This document shows positions 1 through 8,283 of a stretch of DNA of 32,000 nucleotides, in pieces. Source of the DNA: Candidatus Kuenenia stuttgartensis (GTDB lineage Bacteria > Planctomycetota > Brocadiia > Brocadiales > Brocadiaceae); assembly GCF_900232105.1 (NCBI RefSeq), contig NZ_LT934425.1:2790001-2822000 (forward strand), read 5' to 3'. How positions within the stretch are numbered: position 1 is the first letter of the stretch; each line of letters starts with the position of its first letter. The notes under the pieces were generated by a model. The model made no database searches, was not told the origin of the DNA, and worked only from the letters and a program-made list of their open reading frames with translations. Both the position numbers and the translations under genes were made by a program.

Positions 1-1889
1 ATTACCGGCGGTTGTATGGGTTGTCATCTATGGAGGGTTTTTTCAAGGACGGCATTAATGATTATATCGTAAACGGGCATAAGATGGCCATAAATCCTGC
101 AAAAAAAGGCACCAAAGGAGCGGCACATTACCAGCGCACCATTTCATCAGGTAATGCAACAAGTATTCGTTTAAGATTCTCGGGACATGCCTTGTCCAGC
201 CCCTTTAAAAAATTTAACAAGATGTTTCAGCAAAGCATTGCGGAAGCGGATGAATTCTACGCGGACCTGCAGTCAGAAATCAAAGAGGAAGATGCAAGGA
301 ATGTGCAGCGCCAGGCATTTGCCGGCATGCTCTGGTCAAAACAATTTTATTATTTTGATGTGCGCAGATGGTTAACGGGAGACAGCGGGCAGCCCCCACC
401 GCCTCACGAACGGTTGGATGGACGCAATCATGAATGGGTTCATCTTCACAACGCAGACATTATTTCCATGCCTGATAAATGGGAATTCCCCTGGTATGCC
501 GCATGGGATCTGGCATTTCATTGTCTGCCACTGGTGTTGGTTGATCCGGAATTTGCCAAAGGGCAGCTTTTACTACTCACCCGCGAATGGTACATGCATC
601 CCAACGGACAATTGCCAGCCTACGAATGGGCCTTTAGCGATGTGAATCCCCCTGTCCATGCCTGGGCAACGTGGCGTGTCTATAAAATTGATAAAAAAAG
701 AAATAAGGGGAAAGGGGACATTGATTTCCTGTCACGGGTCTTCCATAAACTTTTGCTCAACTTTACCTGGTGGGTCAACATAAAGGATGAGCATGGTCAT
801 AACCTATTCCAGGGGGGCTTTCTGGGATTGGACAATATTGGCGTCTTTGACCGAAGTGCGGCATTGCCAACCGGTGGGCATATCGAACAAGCCGATGGAA
901 CGAGCTGGATGGCTATGTATTGTCTGAATCTCATGCACATTGCCCTTGAATTGTCAATATATAATCCCATCTATCAGGATCTGGCAATCAAGTTTTTCGA
1001 ACACTTCCTCTATATCGCCGCCGCAATGAAAAATCTTGGTAACATTGGCATTAATTTGTGGAATGAGGATGATAAATTTTTTTATGATGTTCTTCATTGC
1101 CCCATAGCAAATCATAGCAAGTGTGATGTCATGCAGTTAAAAGTGCGCTCTATGGTGGGATTAACTCCTCTTTTCGCAGTTGAGACCCTTGAGCCTCACC
1201 TTCTTGAACAGGTCCCGAAGTTTAAGAAGCGGCTCGATTGGTTTCTGGAAAACCGGCCCGACCTGGCAAGTCTGATTTCCCGCTGGACAGAACCCGGTGT
1301 TGGCGAGCGGCGGCTGCTTTCGCTGCTGCGGGGACACCGGATGAAACATCTGCTTAAGCGCATGTTGGATGAAAGTGAGTTTTTGTCTGATTACGGGGTT
1401 CGGGCATTATCCCGTTATCACCTGGAACACCCCTTTGTCTTACATTTTAACGGCAATACATTTTCAGTGTCTTATCAGCCTGCCGAGTCGGACTCAGGTT
1501 TGTTTGGCGGCAATTCCAACTGGCGGGGACCCATTTGGTTTCCCATGAATTTTTTGATTATCGAGTCACTGCAAAAATTCCATCACTATTATGGAGACGA
1601 TTTCAAGATTGAATGCCCGACGGGGTCAGGAAATTTTATGACCATCAATGATGTTGCCAATGAGCTGTCGCGGCGTCTGACCCGAATATTTTTGCAGAAT
1701 AAGGATGGGAATCGTCCTGTATTCGGCTACAGTGAAAAAATTCAAAAAGACCCGCATTTTCGAAATTACCTATTGTTTCATGAGTATTTTCACGGCGATA
1801 CCGGAAGGGGTGCTGGCGCTTCTCATCAAACCGGCTGGACCGGTTTGGTGGCAAAACTGCTGCAACCCAGGGACGTCGGACAACCTTGA
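1..1889 (+). CDS. GH63-like / MGH1-like glycoside hydrolase (glucosidase); 5' end lies outside the window
   Basis: The reading frame is open from base 3 to the stop at 1889, so the listed TTG at 12 is not a credible start. The conserved stretch FPWYAAWDLAFHCLPLVLVDPEFAKGQLLLLTREWYMHPNGQLPAYEW...NPPVHAWA is typical of (alpha/alpha)6 GH63-like glucosidases, from memory of the family. Confidence 0.7.
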   Translation, partial: YRRLYGLSSMEGFFKDGINDYIVNGHKMAINPAKKGTKGAAHYQRTISSGNATSIRLRFSGHALSSPFKKFNKMFQQSIAEADEFYADLQSEIKEEDARNVQRQAFAGMLWSKQFYYFDVRRWLTGDSGQPPPPHERLDGRNHEWVHLHNADIISMPDKWEFPWYAAWDLAFHCLPLVLVDPEFAKGQLLLLTREWYMHPNGQLPAYEWAFSDVNPPVHAWATWRVYKIDKKRNKGKGDIDFLSRVFHKLLLNFTWWVNIKDEHGHNLFQGGFLGLDNIGVFDRSAALPTGGHIEQADGTSWMAMYCLNLMHIALELSIYNPIYQDLAIKFFEHFLYIAAAMKNLGNIGINLWNEDDKFFYDVLHCPIANHSKCDVMQLKVRSMVGLTPLFAVETLEPHLLEQVPKFKKRLDWFLENRPDLASLISRWTEPGVGERRLLSLLRGHRMKHLLKRMLDESEFLSDYGVRALSRYHLEHPFVLHFNGNTFSVSYQPAESDSGLFGGNSNWRGPIWFPMNFLIIESLQKFHHYYGDDFKIECPTGSGNFMTINDVANELSRRLTRIFLQNKDGNRPVFGYSEKIQKDPHFRNYLLFHEYFHGDTGRGAGASHQTGWTGLVAKLLQPRDVGQP

Positions 1890-1924
1890 TTCTATAGGAA
1901 TCAAAAGAAAGGCAGAGGGATTCA

Positions 1925-3031
1925 ATGAAAGCCATTGCAGTTGTACCGGGTCGGCCAGATTCATTGCATATACGGGAGATACCCAAACCAATGGTGACTG
2001 ATGTCCCTGATGGAAGAGGTGTTCTGGTAAAGGTGCTGAGAGTGGGCGTTGACGGGACAGATAAAGAAATTAATGCCGCAGAGTATGGTACTGCGCCACC
2101 CGGAGATGATTTTCTCATTATTGGTCATGAGTCTTTTGGCATTGTCGAAGATGTGGGCTCTCATGTGAGTGGTCTGAAGGCCGGTGATTATGTTGTGGCA
2201 ACGGTCAGACGTCCTGGAACTTCCCTATATGATAAAATCGGGACGTACGACATGACTACAGACGATGTCTATTATGAACGGGGAATCAATCTGAGACATG
2301 GGTATATGACTGAGTATTATGTGGATGAACCGGAATATATCGTTAAAGTTCCACCGGGGTTAAAAGAGGTAGGCGTACTTCTGGAACCTACCAGTGTGAT
2401 CGAAAAGGGGATAGCTCAGGCGTATGAAATCCAGCGACGGTTAAGGGTGTGGCGTCCCAAGCGGGCCGCTGTGCTCGGTGCCGGTACTATCGGATTGCAG
2501 GCAACTCTGGCGCTGCGTCTTCGCGGATTGCAGGTTTGTGCTTTCGGACGGACCAAACCACCTTACTTAAACTCTCAGCTTTTGAATCAAATAGGTGCAT
2601 GCTATCATAGTCTTCAGGATGTTACTTTAACGGAATCTTTCGGAGATCATGGCCCTTTTGATCTCATTCTCGAAGCGACGGGCTATTCACCGCTTGTATT
2701 TGAAGCGATGAACATCCTGGGGAAGAATGGTGTTCTTGTTCTTTCCAGTGTGACAGGCGGCGGGAGATCTGTTGAGATACCATCTGATAAAATTAACATG
2801 GGATTTGTTCTGGGCAATAAGGTTGTTGTTGGTACAGTGAATGCAAATCGGGAGTATTTTGAATTAGGTGTTAAAGACTTTTCTCTGGCTGAAATGCAAT
2901 GGCCTGGATGGCTGTCGAAATTGTTAACCCATCAGATCGGAGGTCTTGAAAACTATCAGGATATTATCCCCATTCTAACGAAGGCGAAAAATGTGATTAA
3001 GGTTTTTGTTCAAGTTGCAGACACGCAATAG
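1925..3031 (+). CDS. Zn-dependent medium-chain dehydrogenase, glucose 1-dehydrogenase-like
   Basis: 368-aa ORF. The N-terminus (MKAIAV...[13 protein letters not shown]...GHESFG) and a GAGTIG Rossmann motif resemble archaeal-type glucose dehydrogenases of the MDR family. It sits 36 nt downstream of the glycoside hydrolase. Confidence 0.7.
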   Translation: MKAIAVVPGRPDSLHIREIPKPMVTDVPDGRGVLVKVLRVGVDGTDKEINAAEYGTAPPGDDFLIIGHESFGIVEDVGSHVSGLKAGDYVVATVRRPGTSLYDKIGTYDMTTDDVYYERGINLRHGYMTEYYVDEPEYIVKVPPGLKEVGVLLEPTSVIEKGIAQAYEIQRRLRVWRPKRAAVLGAGTIGLQATLALRLRGLQVCAFGRTKPPYLNSQLLNQIGACYHSLQDVTLTESFGDHGPFDLILEATGYSPLVFEAMNILGKNGVLVLSSVTGGGRSVEIPSDKINMGFVLGNKVVVGTVNANREYFELGVKDFSLAEMQWPGWLSKLLTHQIGGLENYQDIIPILTKAKNVIKVFVQVADTQ

Positions 3032-3109
3032 TTTAATTTTCTGGCTATCGCCCATAATATGCCTCTTCAGTAATAGGGCCGCAATTTTGATATGCGTTTG
3101 TTTCTAAGA

Positions 3110-3232
3110 CTTTAGCTTTTTGAAAATTATGTTTCGGTTTAGTTTTGGGTGGCACGGACAAACACAGCTTGTCTGTGCCACCCATGTTGAGCGATAATAG
3201 ATGCATCAATTTCCAAAAATCTAAAGTGTTAC
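3110..3232. mobile_element. MITE family A, copy 1 (123 bp)
   Basis: The terminal inverted repeats are CTTTAGCTTTTTGAAAAT (left) and ATTTCCAAAAATCTAAAG followed by GTGTTAC (right). The central hairpin is GGGTGGCACGGACAA-acacagc-TTGTCTGTGCCACCC. A second copy lies at 4995-5195. Confidence 0.8.
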
Positions 3233-3366
3233 TAAAATTTTTATTTTGTTGGAATAAATCATGATTATTGCTTGTCATTAAAAGCGTAAGAACAAAATTA
3301 TTTTACAGATACTTTATTAAAAAGCAGGGAGTGGATATGGCCCAAAGCCACTCATAAGTCGATTGG

Positions 3367-3632
3367 GTGATGAGTGAGGAGGAAGGACTCAGGCAGGCCA
3401 AAGCAAGTAGTAAGATAGCGATGATTGATTTTTATGCGTCGTGGTGCGCAGCCTGTATGGAGTTGTTGGTTTGCCTACTATCGTGTTTGTTAATAAGGAC
3501 GGAACTGTGGTCAAAGATAAAACTATTGCCGGTTTTGTCAATTCTAAGGAATTTCTGAGTATCATAAAAAGCCTGGAGTGGCGTAAAATAAAGCGCCATG
3601 CAAATTATTTTATAGCGCCAGGTACTGAATAA
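3367..3632 (+). pseudogene. Remnant of a DsbD-type C-terminal thioredoxin domain (internal deletion plus frameshift, N-terminal domains missing)
   Basis: Frame 1 reads EEGLRQAKASSKIAMIDFYASWCAAC (CxxC site). The frame then switches at about 3445 to LYGVVGLPTIVFVNKDGTVVKDKTIAGFVNSKEFL. The roughly 35-40 aa normally between these motifs are absent, and a stop lies immediately upstream at 3356-3358. Confidence 0.5.
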
Positions 3633-3652
3633 CGCGCTATATCAAGAGTGTT

Positions 3653-4999
3653 ATGGAAGCAAAAATGAAGATAAAGAAAACAATAATAATTTTTATGCCC
3701 ATAGTCTTAATCCTTATTGTGCTGGCTGGAGGAGGTATCTGGTTTAAAAGGAAATATGCCACCTCGGTTAATATGGATATTCATCTCAAAGAATATTCTC
3801 AATTTGAATATCCCGAAGATCCTGCAAATCGCAGTGTTCATTATGCGCAGTATTCAAACAGGAATTTGAAAATTGTGAAAAAAGATAAAACCCATTTCGA
3901 TCTGATTTTGGAACCAACAAATGATCATACGGCAAAAGTTGTATTTAATGATATTGACGCAGGTCTTTTTGTAACAGGCCTGCCGGAATGGACAAAAAAG
4001 GATAAAGATTTAGAGATTATTGCCCTGACCGATAGGGAATGGAACAGGCAGCAGGTAAGTTTTGAGCCAGATTCAAAACACATTGAAATTACCGGTGGTG
4101 ATGGATTTGAAAAAAGCAATTTGCATTCAGCCGCAATTGCTAAGAATTGTTTAAATGCCGGTCTTTGGGAAATTTTATTGTTTACGAAAGAAAAAGAGGA
4201 AAAGGCCTTATATTATCAAGGATGGTTTACGTTCCCCCTTGGACACTATAAAGCTGTATTTGAGGAAATCACCGGCCTGTCGTATTGGGAGCACTGGCGA
4301 AGATTGGAACATTGGGTAGACCCTGCTGGCGCCTCTATCAATTTAAAAGCCCTCAGAAAAGTTTTAAATGAGAGAGAGGTACAGGCTGAATTCCTGGCAC
4401 AAGAGCGTATTTTTGCATCGGGTGAACAGGTAAGAAAGCTCAGAACTACAAATGTGCAGAACGTTATCACCTGGAAGGATTTTTGTGGTAGTTCGGTTGA
4501 ATTTGCGACCTTTGCCCCGCCAGGCAGGTACTATGTTGAAAAACCCTGGAAGAATGAGTATTGGAGGATTGCAGAGTTCAAAAAAGCGATACTAAGGGAC
4601 ATTCAATCACCAGCATCGGAAGAAGTCTTACAGGAAATAGAGCTGGTTTTTAAAGATTCCAAAACTGGCGAAGAGAATAGATTTTTTGTCAGCGGATTCA
4701 AGCTGAACCAACTTCCTCAGCTTCCTGTTGAACATTACCCACAGGGGTTATACATGCCCATGGGAATCGGGGTTCCGCCTTTCTTCTTAAGCTATCAAGA
4801 CCTGGAACGGAATCCACCCGATAAGAGCCCTTATTTCAGTGTACTTCTGGATTCAAATGACACATGGATTAATCACCACGAGGTGGCTATCGACGGGCCG
4901 GTTCTTCACAGAGATATTAATAATCCGAATGTAATCCATGTTTATTTGCTTTCTTACGAACGCCATAGTCTGGTCGGTCATTACCTTCTGAAGATTTAA
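3653..4999 (+). CDS. Hypothetical protein with an N-terminal membrane anchor (448 aa); no family recognised
   Basis: Long uninterrupted ORF with an N-terminal hydrophobic helix (IIIFMPIVLILIVLAGGGIW). The stop codon lies inside the left arm of MITE A copy 2. Confidence 0.65.
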   Translation: MEAKMKIKKTIIIFMPIVLILIVLAGGGIWFKRKYATSVNMDIHLKEYSQFEYPEDPANRSVHYAQYSNRNLKIVKKDKTHFDLILEPTNDHTAKVVFNDIDAGLFVTGLPEWTKKDKDLEIIALTDREWNRQQVSFEPDSKHIEITGGDGFEKSNLHSAAIAKNCLNAGLWEILLFTKEKEEKALYYQGWFTFPLGHYKAVFEEITGLSYWEHWRRLEHWVDPAGASINLKALRKVLNEREVQAEFLAQERIFASGEQVRKLRTTNVQNVITWKDFCGSSVEFATFAPPGRYYVEKPWKNEYWRIAEFKKAILRDIQSPASEEVLQEIELVFKDSKTGEENRFFVSGFKLNQLPQLPVEHYPQGLYMPMGIGVPPFFLSYQDLERNPPDKSPYFSVLLDSNDTWINHHEVAIDGPVLHRDINNPNVIHVYLLSYERHSLVGHYLLKI

Positions 5000-5195
5000 C
5001 TTTTTGAAAATATGTTGCAGTTTAGTTTTGGGTGGCACGGACAAGCTGTGCTTGTCCGTGATCGCGCGCAAATAGGTTTAGTGTAGAGACGCAAAATCTT
5101 GCGTCTCTACACCCCACATGGACAAACAGAGTTTATCCGGCCACCCATGTTGAGCGATAATATCTGCATCAATTTCCAAATATCTAAAGTGTTAC
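4995..5195. mobile_element. MITE family A, copy 2 (201 bp) with a nested GTAG-type REP hairpin
   Basis: It has the same arms as 3110-3232. The core is duplicated and interrupted by GTGTAGAGACGCAA-aatc-TTGCGTCTCTACAC (about 5080-5111). Confidence 0.8.
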
Positions 5196-5261
5196 AAAGG
5201 AAGAAATAATACTTATGGATGCCTGTCCGTTGCAATTTGTTGAAAATAAGGGAGCGTTAGC

Positions 5262-5714
5262 ATGAAGAGGACACTTTTCATTATCTTATTATTCACTATA
5301 GCTATTATATTTGTCGGATATTATGCATTAAAGGCAAATATACAAAACAAGAAATTTGCTATCATTCTTCAAGCAGGTAAAGAGACTCACGAAGGAATGG
5401 TTCGTGCTACGCATGCTTTACTATATGCCACAGAATTAAAAGGGAAGGGCTATGAGGTAGTTTTGATTTTCGACGGTGCAGGAACGGTGTGGGCAGAAGA
5501 GGTGTCAAATCCTGATTCACAAAGCAAACTCTTACCAATGTATAATGCTATAAAAAAGGCGGGAATTCATGAGATTGTATGTGATTTTTGCGCTCATGCT
5601 TTTGGGGTAAAGGAAGAGCTCCAGACCCGACAATGCCCCCTCCTATCGGAATATAATGGCCATCCGAGTATTGAAAAATTGGCGGGAAAAGGCTATCAAC
5701 TTATTGTGTTGTGA
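5262..5714 (+). CDS. DsrE/DsrF-like family protein with an N-terminal TM/signal-anchor helix
   Basis: 150 aa. After the hydrophobic N-terminus, the pattern AIILQAGKETHEG..RATHALLYA..L...G.EV.LIFDGAG...VC.FCA.AFGV fits the DsrE-like fold, from memory. Confidence 0.6.
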   Translation: MKRTLFIILLFTIAIIFVGYYALKANIQNKKFAIILQAGKETHEGMVRATHALLYATELKGKGYEVVLIFDGAGTVWAEEVSNPDSQSKLLPMYNAIKKAGIHEIVCDFCAHAFGVKEELQTRQCPLLSEYNGHPSIEKLAGKGYQLIVL

Positions 5715-5770
5715 AGTAATAAATAATTAAAAAGAGTCCCAATAACCTGATTCAGAAAGGAGAGATTTTA

Positions 5771-6442
5771 ATGAAAGTACTTGGGATCAGTGGCAGTCCG
5801 AGAGCTGGTAAAACAACAGAGAGCCTGGTGATGGCCATTTTGGATGCAACTGGCTTAGAAACGGAATTCATATCCTTACACGGCAAGAAAATTAACGGTT
5901 GTATATGCTGTTTAGGTTGCGTGGAAGACAACCTCTGTAAAGTACAGGATGATTATCTCCCAATCATGCACAAAGTTATGGAGGCAGATGCGATTATTAT
6001 CGGTGCTGCAAATTATTTTGGCAGACTGAATGCCCTTACGCACGCCCTTCTTGAACGATTTTACTGCTTTAGACACGATAGTAACGGACACGGCGGCATG
6101 AAACTCTCCGGTAAATTGGGTGCAATTGCCTCTGTGGGCGGTGGTGGAAACTGGAAGATGCCGGGGAAGGATATTAAAATGAGCGAGGTTGCAGGAGATG
6201 ATATTAAAGGCTTTTTTGCATACAATGAGATTGAACTTGTTGGCGCTGTAAAGGCACAGGGGCCTGTGGCATGTTTTACCTGTGGATACGGAGAAACTTG
6301 CAACGTAAGCGGCATAAAGAAATTCTTTGGTAAGGATACCAAAATCACCCCGGACATTATACCATGTTTAGAAAAGCAGCCCGAAGTCATAGAGAAGGCA
6401 AGGGCACTTGGAAAGGCATTGGGAGAAAGATTGAAAAAATAA
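5771..6442 (+). CDS. Iron-sulfur flavoprotein (Isf-like NADPH-dependent FMN reductase/flavodoxin family)
   Basis: It starts MKVLGISGSPR. The compact cysteine motif C-x2-C-x2-C-x5-C (CICCLGCVEDNLC) matches the Isf [4Fe-4S] motif. Confidence 0.75.
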   Translation: MKVLGISGSPRAGKTTESLVMAILDATGLETEFISLHGKKINGCICCLGCVEDNLCKVQDDYLPIMHKVMEADAIIIGAANYFGRLNALTHALLERFYCFRHDSNGHGGMKLSGKLGAIASVGGGGNWKMPGKDIKMSEVAGDDIKGFFAYNEIELVGAVKAQGPVACFTCGYGETCNVSGIKKFFGKDTKITPDIIPCLEKQPEVIEKARALGKALGERLKK

Positions 6443-6443
6443 A

Positions 6444-6670
6444 ATGGAACATAATGTAATTTTACAATCGGTAATTACCTGTCCAAATTGTGGACATCAG
6501 AAAAAGGAAACAATGCCTACTGATGCCTGTCAATATTTCTACGAATGTGAAATTGCAAATCAAGATTAAAACCCAAAAAAGGGCATTGTTGCGTGTTCTG
6601 TTCTTATGGAACAGTTCAATGTCCATCAATACAAATACAACAAAAAAGAGGCCACAGTCCTCTACGTTGA
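6444..6670 (+). pseudogene. GDCCVxC-type small cysteine-rich (metal-binding) protein, disrupted by a -1 frameshift
   Basis: Frame A (6444-6569) reads MEHNVILQSVITCPNCGHQKKETMPTDACQYFYECEIANQD*. Frame B from 6554 reads CKSRLKPKKGHCCVFCSYGTVQCPSIQ. One extra T in the ATT|GC run at about 6552-6554 would join them as ...YECEICKSRLKPKKGHCCVFC. Confidence 0.6.
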
Positions 6671-6745
6671 TGTCAACGACTTTGAGGAGCAAAGGGATGC
6701 CTTTGATGCCGCGTGGGAGCTTGGAGTAAGGAATGAGAGGCAAAT

Positions 6746-6883
6746 GTAGGGTGGATGAAGCGAAGCGCATCCACCATTTCTCAGGAAGGCGGGAAATGAC
6801 AGGAAAATTACCGCTTTTCTGTGTTCCTGATATTAAATCTGGTGGATACGGCGTGAAAAGGCGCACGCCTTTATCCACCCTAC
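6746..6883 (+). repeat. REPIN (inverted REP doublet), copy 1
   Basis: The 5' REP is GTAGG-GTGGATG-aagcgaagcg-CATCCACC. The spacer carries TCAGGAA...TTCCTGA pairing. The 3' inverted REP is GGTGGATAcGGCGTG-aaaaggcg-CACGCCttTATCCACC-CTAC. Confidence 0.85.
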
Positions 6884-7024
6884 CCAAAACAAAAATAATG
6901 TCCATCAATACAAATACAACAAAAAAGAGACCACAGTCCTCTACGTTGATGTCAACGACTTTGAGGAGCAAAGGGATGCCTTTGATGCCGCGTGGGGGCC
7001 TGGAGAAAGGAATGAGAGGCAAAT

Positions 7025-7162
7025 GTAGGGTGGATGAAGCGAAGCGCATCCACCATTTCTCAGGAAGGCAGGAAATGACAGGAAAATTCCCGCTTTTCTG
7101 TGTTCCTGATATTAAATCTGGTGGATACGGCGTGAAAAGGCGCACGCCTTTATCCACCCTAC
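7025..7162 (+). repeat. REPIN (inverted REP doublet), copy 2
   Basis: Same architecture as 6746-6883, offset by 279 bp. Confidence 0.85.
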
Positions 7163-7187
7163 CCAAAACAAAAATAAGGGAATATCC

Positions 7188-7637
7188 ATGAGCGAATATC
7201 GCCGGCTCTATCGTGAACAAGGCTGGTATTTCTTTACGATTGTGACATACAATCGACAAAAAATTCTTACCCATCCTGATAACGTTACCAGATTACGACG
7301 TTCGTTCCAATATGCGATGAATAAACACACCTTTTTTATCGATGCTATTGTTGTTCTTCCTGATCATATTCACTGTATCTGGAGGTTGCCTCATGACGAT
7401 GATGATTTCTCAACACGATGGAGATTGGTTAAATGGCATTTTTCTTTGGGCATGGATACCCTCTTGACCGAAAGAGGTGAGAAGAAGGTATGGCAAAGGA
7501 GATTTTGGGAACATTTGTTGAGGAATGAAAAAGATTGGCGCTATGGGTCATTTCATGATGCTGTAAAGAGGGGATTCTATACCATAGATTGGGGTTCGCA
7601 AGAACCTGATTCCATAAAGGAAATGGATTTAGAGTAG
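7188..7637 (+). CDS. rayT: REP-associated tyrosine transposase (RAYT / TnpA_REP, IS200-like Y1 HUH family), unusually short
   Basis: The N-terminus MSEYRRLYREQGWYFFT, the HUH region VVLPDHIHCIW, and LPHDDDDFSTRWR and VWQRRFWEH..RNEKDW closely follow my recollection of E. coli TnpA_REP (YafM). The gene is flanked by GTAG-headed REPs on both sides. Confidence 0.85.
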   Translation: MSEYRRLYREQGWYFFTIVTYNRQKILTHPDNVTRLRRSFQYAMNKHTFFIDAIVVLPDHIHCIWRLPHDDDDFSTRWRLVKWHFSLGMDTLLTERGEKKVWQRRFWEHLLRNEKDWRYGSFHDAVKRGFYTIDWGSQEPDSIKEMDLE

Positions 7638-7663
7638 GATGGATGAAGCGAAGCGCATCCACC
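7634..7663 (+). repeat. REP (GTAGGATGGATG-aagcgaagcg-CATCCACC) overlapping the RAYT stop codon
   Basis: It is the same palindrome as the 5' REP of the upstream REPINs, in the same orientation. The TAG stop (7635-7637) lies inside the GTAG head. Confidence 0.85.
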
Positions 7664-7752
7664 ATAGTTTATCTCTGCCTAATCCCCTTCATACATAGTT
7701 GTTTTTTCAGAAAACTAAATTGCTATGAAATTTTTTATAGAGAGGCTGGATA

Positions 7753-8283
7753 ATGGCACGGATTTTGGCTAGAGAAAAAGAAGAAACGTCGATGGACGTA
7801 CAGGAGGTTTTTGCAGAAATTGAAGGTGCTTTTGGCATGGTTCCAAATTTGTTTAAGACCTACTCGCATTTTCCACCTTTATTGAAAGCCAACTGGAACA
7901 AGGTAAAGGCGGTAATGATGCAAGGGGGTTTGAGTAGAAAAACAAAGGAAGCTATTGCCCTTCTGGTTTCAAAGGACAATAGCTGCGCATATTGTGTGGC
8001 TGCTCACACGGCTGCCCTCAAATCCATCGGTGTGACGGAAAAAGAAATTAACATAATTGAGAGTGAGATTGAGAAATCAAAATTTACAGAGAAGGAACGA
8101 GAAATCATAACCTTTGTCAGGAAGGCGAACAAAGACCCAAATAAGATAACTGATGAAGAATTTGAAGAGCTAAGGAAGAGGGGCGCTAGTGATTCGGAAA
8201 TTGTTGAGGCACTTGGTGTAATGGAACTCTTTACAGCATTTAATAAATTCCTCGATTCTCTTAACGTGGAGATAGATTTCTGA
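7753..8283 (+). CDS. Carboxymuconolactone decarboxylase (AhpD-like) family protein
   Basis: 176 aa. The core LSRKTKEAIALLVSKDNSCAYCVAAH carries the AhpD-type CxxC. Its stop overlaps the next start (TGATG). Confidence 0.8.
   Translation: MARILAREKEETSMDVQEVFAEIEGAFGMVPNLFKTYSHFPPLLKANWNKVKAVMMQGGLSRKTKEAIALLVSKDNSCAYCVAAHTAALKSIGVTEKEINIIESEIEKSKFTEKEREIITFVRKANKDPNKITDEEFEELRKRGASDSEIVEALGVMELFTAFNKFLDSLNVEIDF

Larger units (their letters stand above)
6618..7175. repeat. Tandem duplication, 2 x 279 bp (about 97% identical)
   Basis: Unit 1 (6618-6896) and unit 2 (6897-7175) align base for base with about 7 mismatches. Each unit contains one REPIN. Confidence 0.95.

Noticed and set aside
12-14. 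TTG at 12 as the start of the glycoside hydrolase, and TTG at 31945 as the start of clpB
   Set aside because: Both reading frames remain open to the window edges. Conserved N-terminal regions are missing or continue beyond the listed starts, so these are partial genes.
1645-2118. 157-aa minus-strand ORF; similar antisense ORFs at 17247-17594, 20102-20584, 20443-20838 and 26216-26596
   Set aside because: Each overlaps a well-supported gene on the opposite strand and has no recognisable motifs.
3045-3278. 77-aa minus-strand ORF, and the similar 72-aa ORF at 4853-5071, sharing the peptide LSVPPKTK
   Set aside because: The shared peptide is just the translation of the conserved MITE-A core (GGGTGGCACGGACA...). 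These are not paralogous genes.
6618-7175. Possible CRISPR array
   Set aside because: There are only two units, each 279 bp long, directly abutting with no unique spacers. The content is REP palindromes.
6462-7274. 270-aa minus-strand ORF and the 152-aa plus-strand ORF (6733-7191) across the repeat region
   Set aside because: Both show internally duplicated peptide sequence that simply mirrors the 279-bp tandem DNA repeat. They read through REP palindromes, which are open on both strands. Neither has a recognisable domain or RBS.
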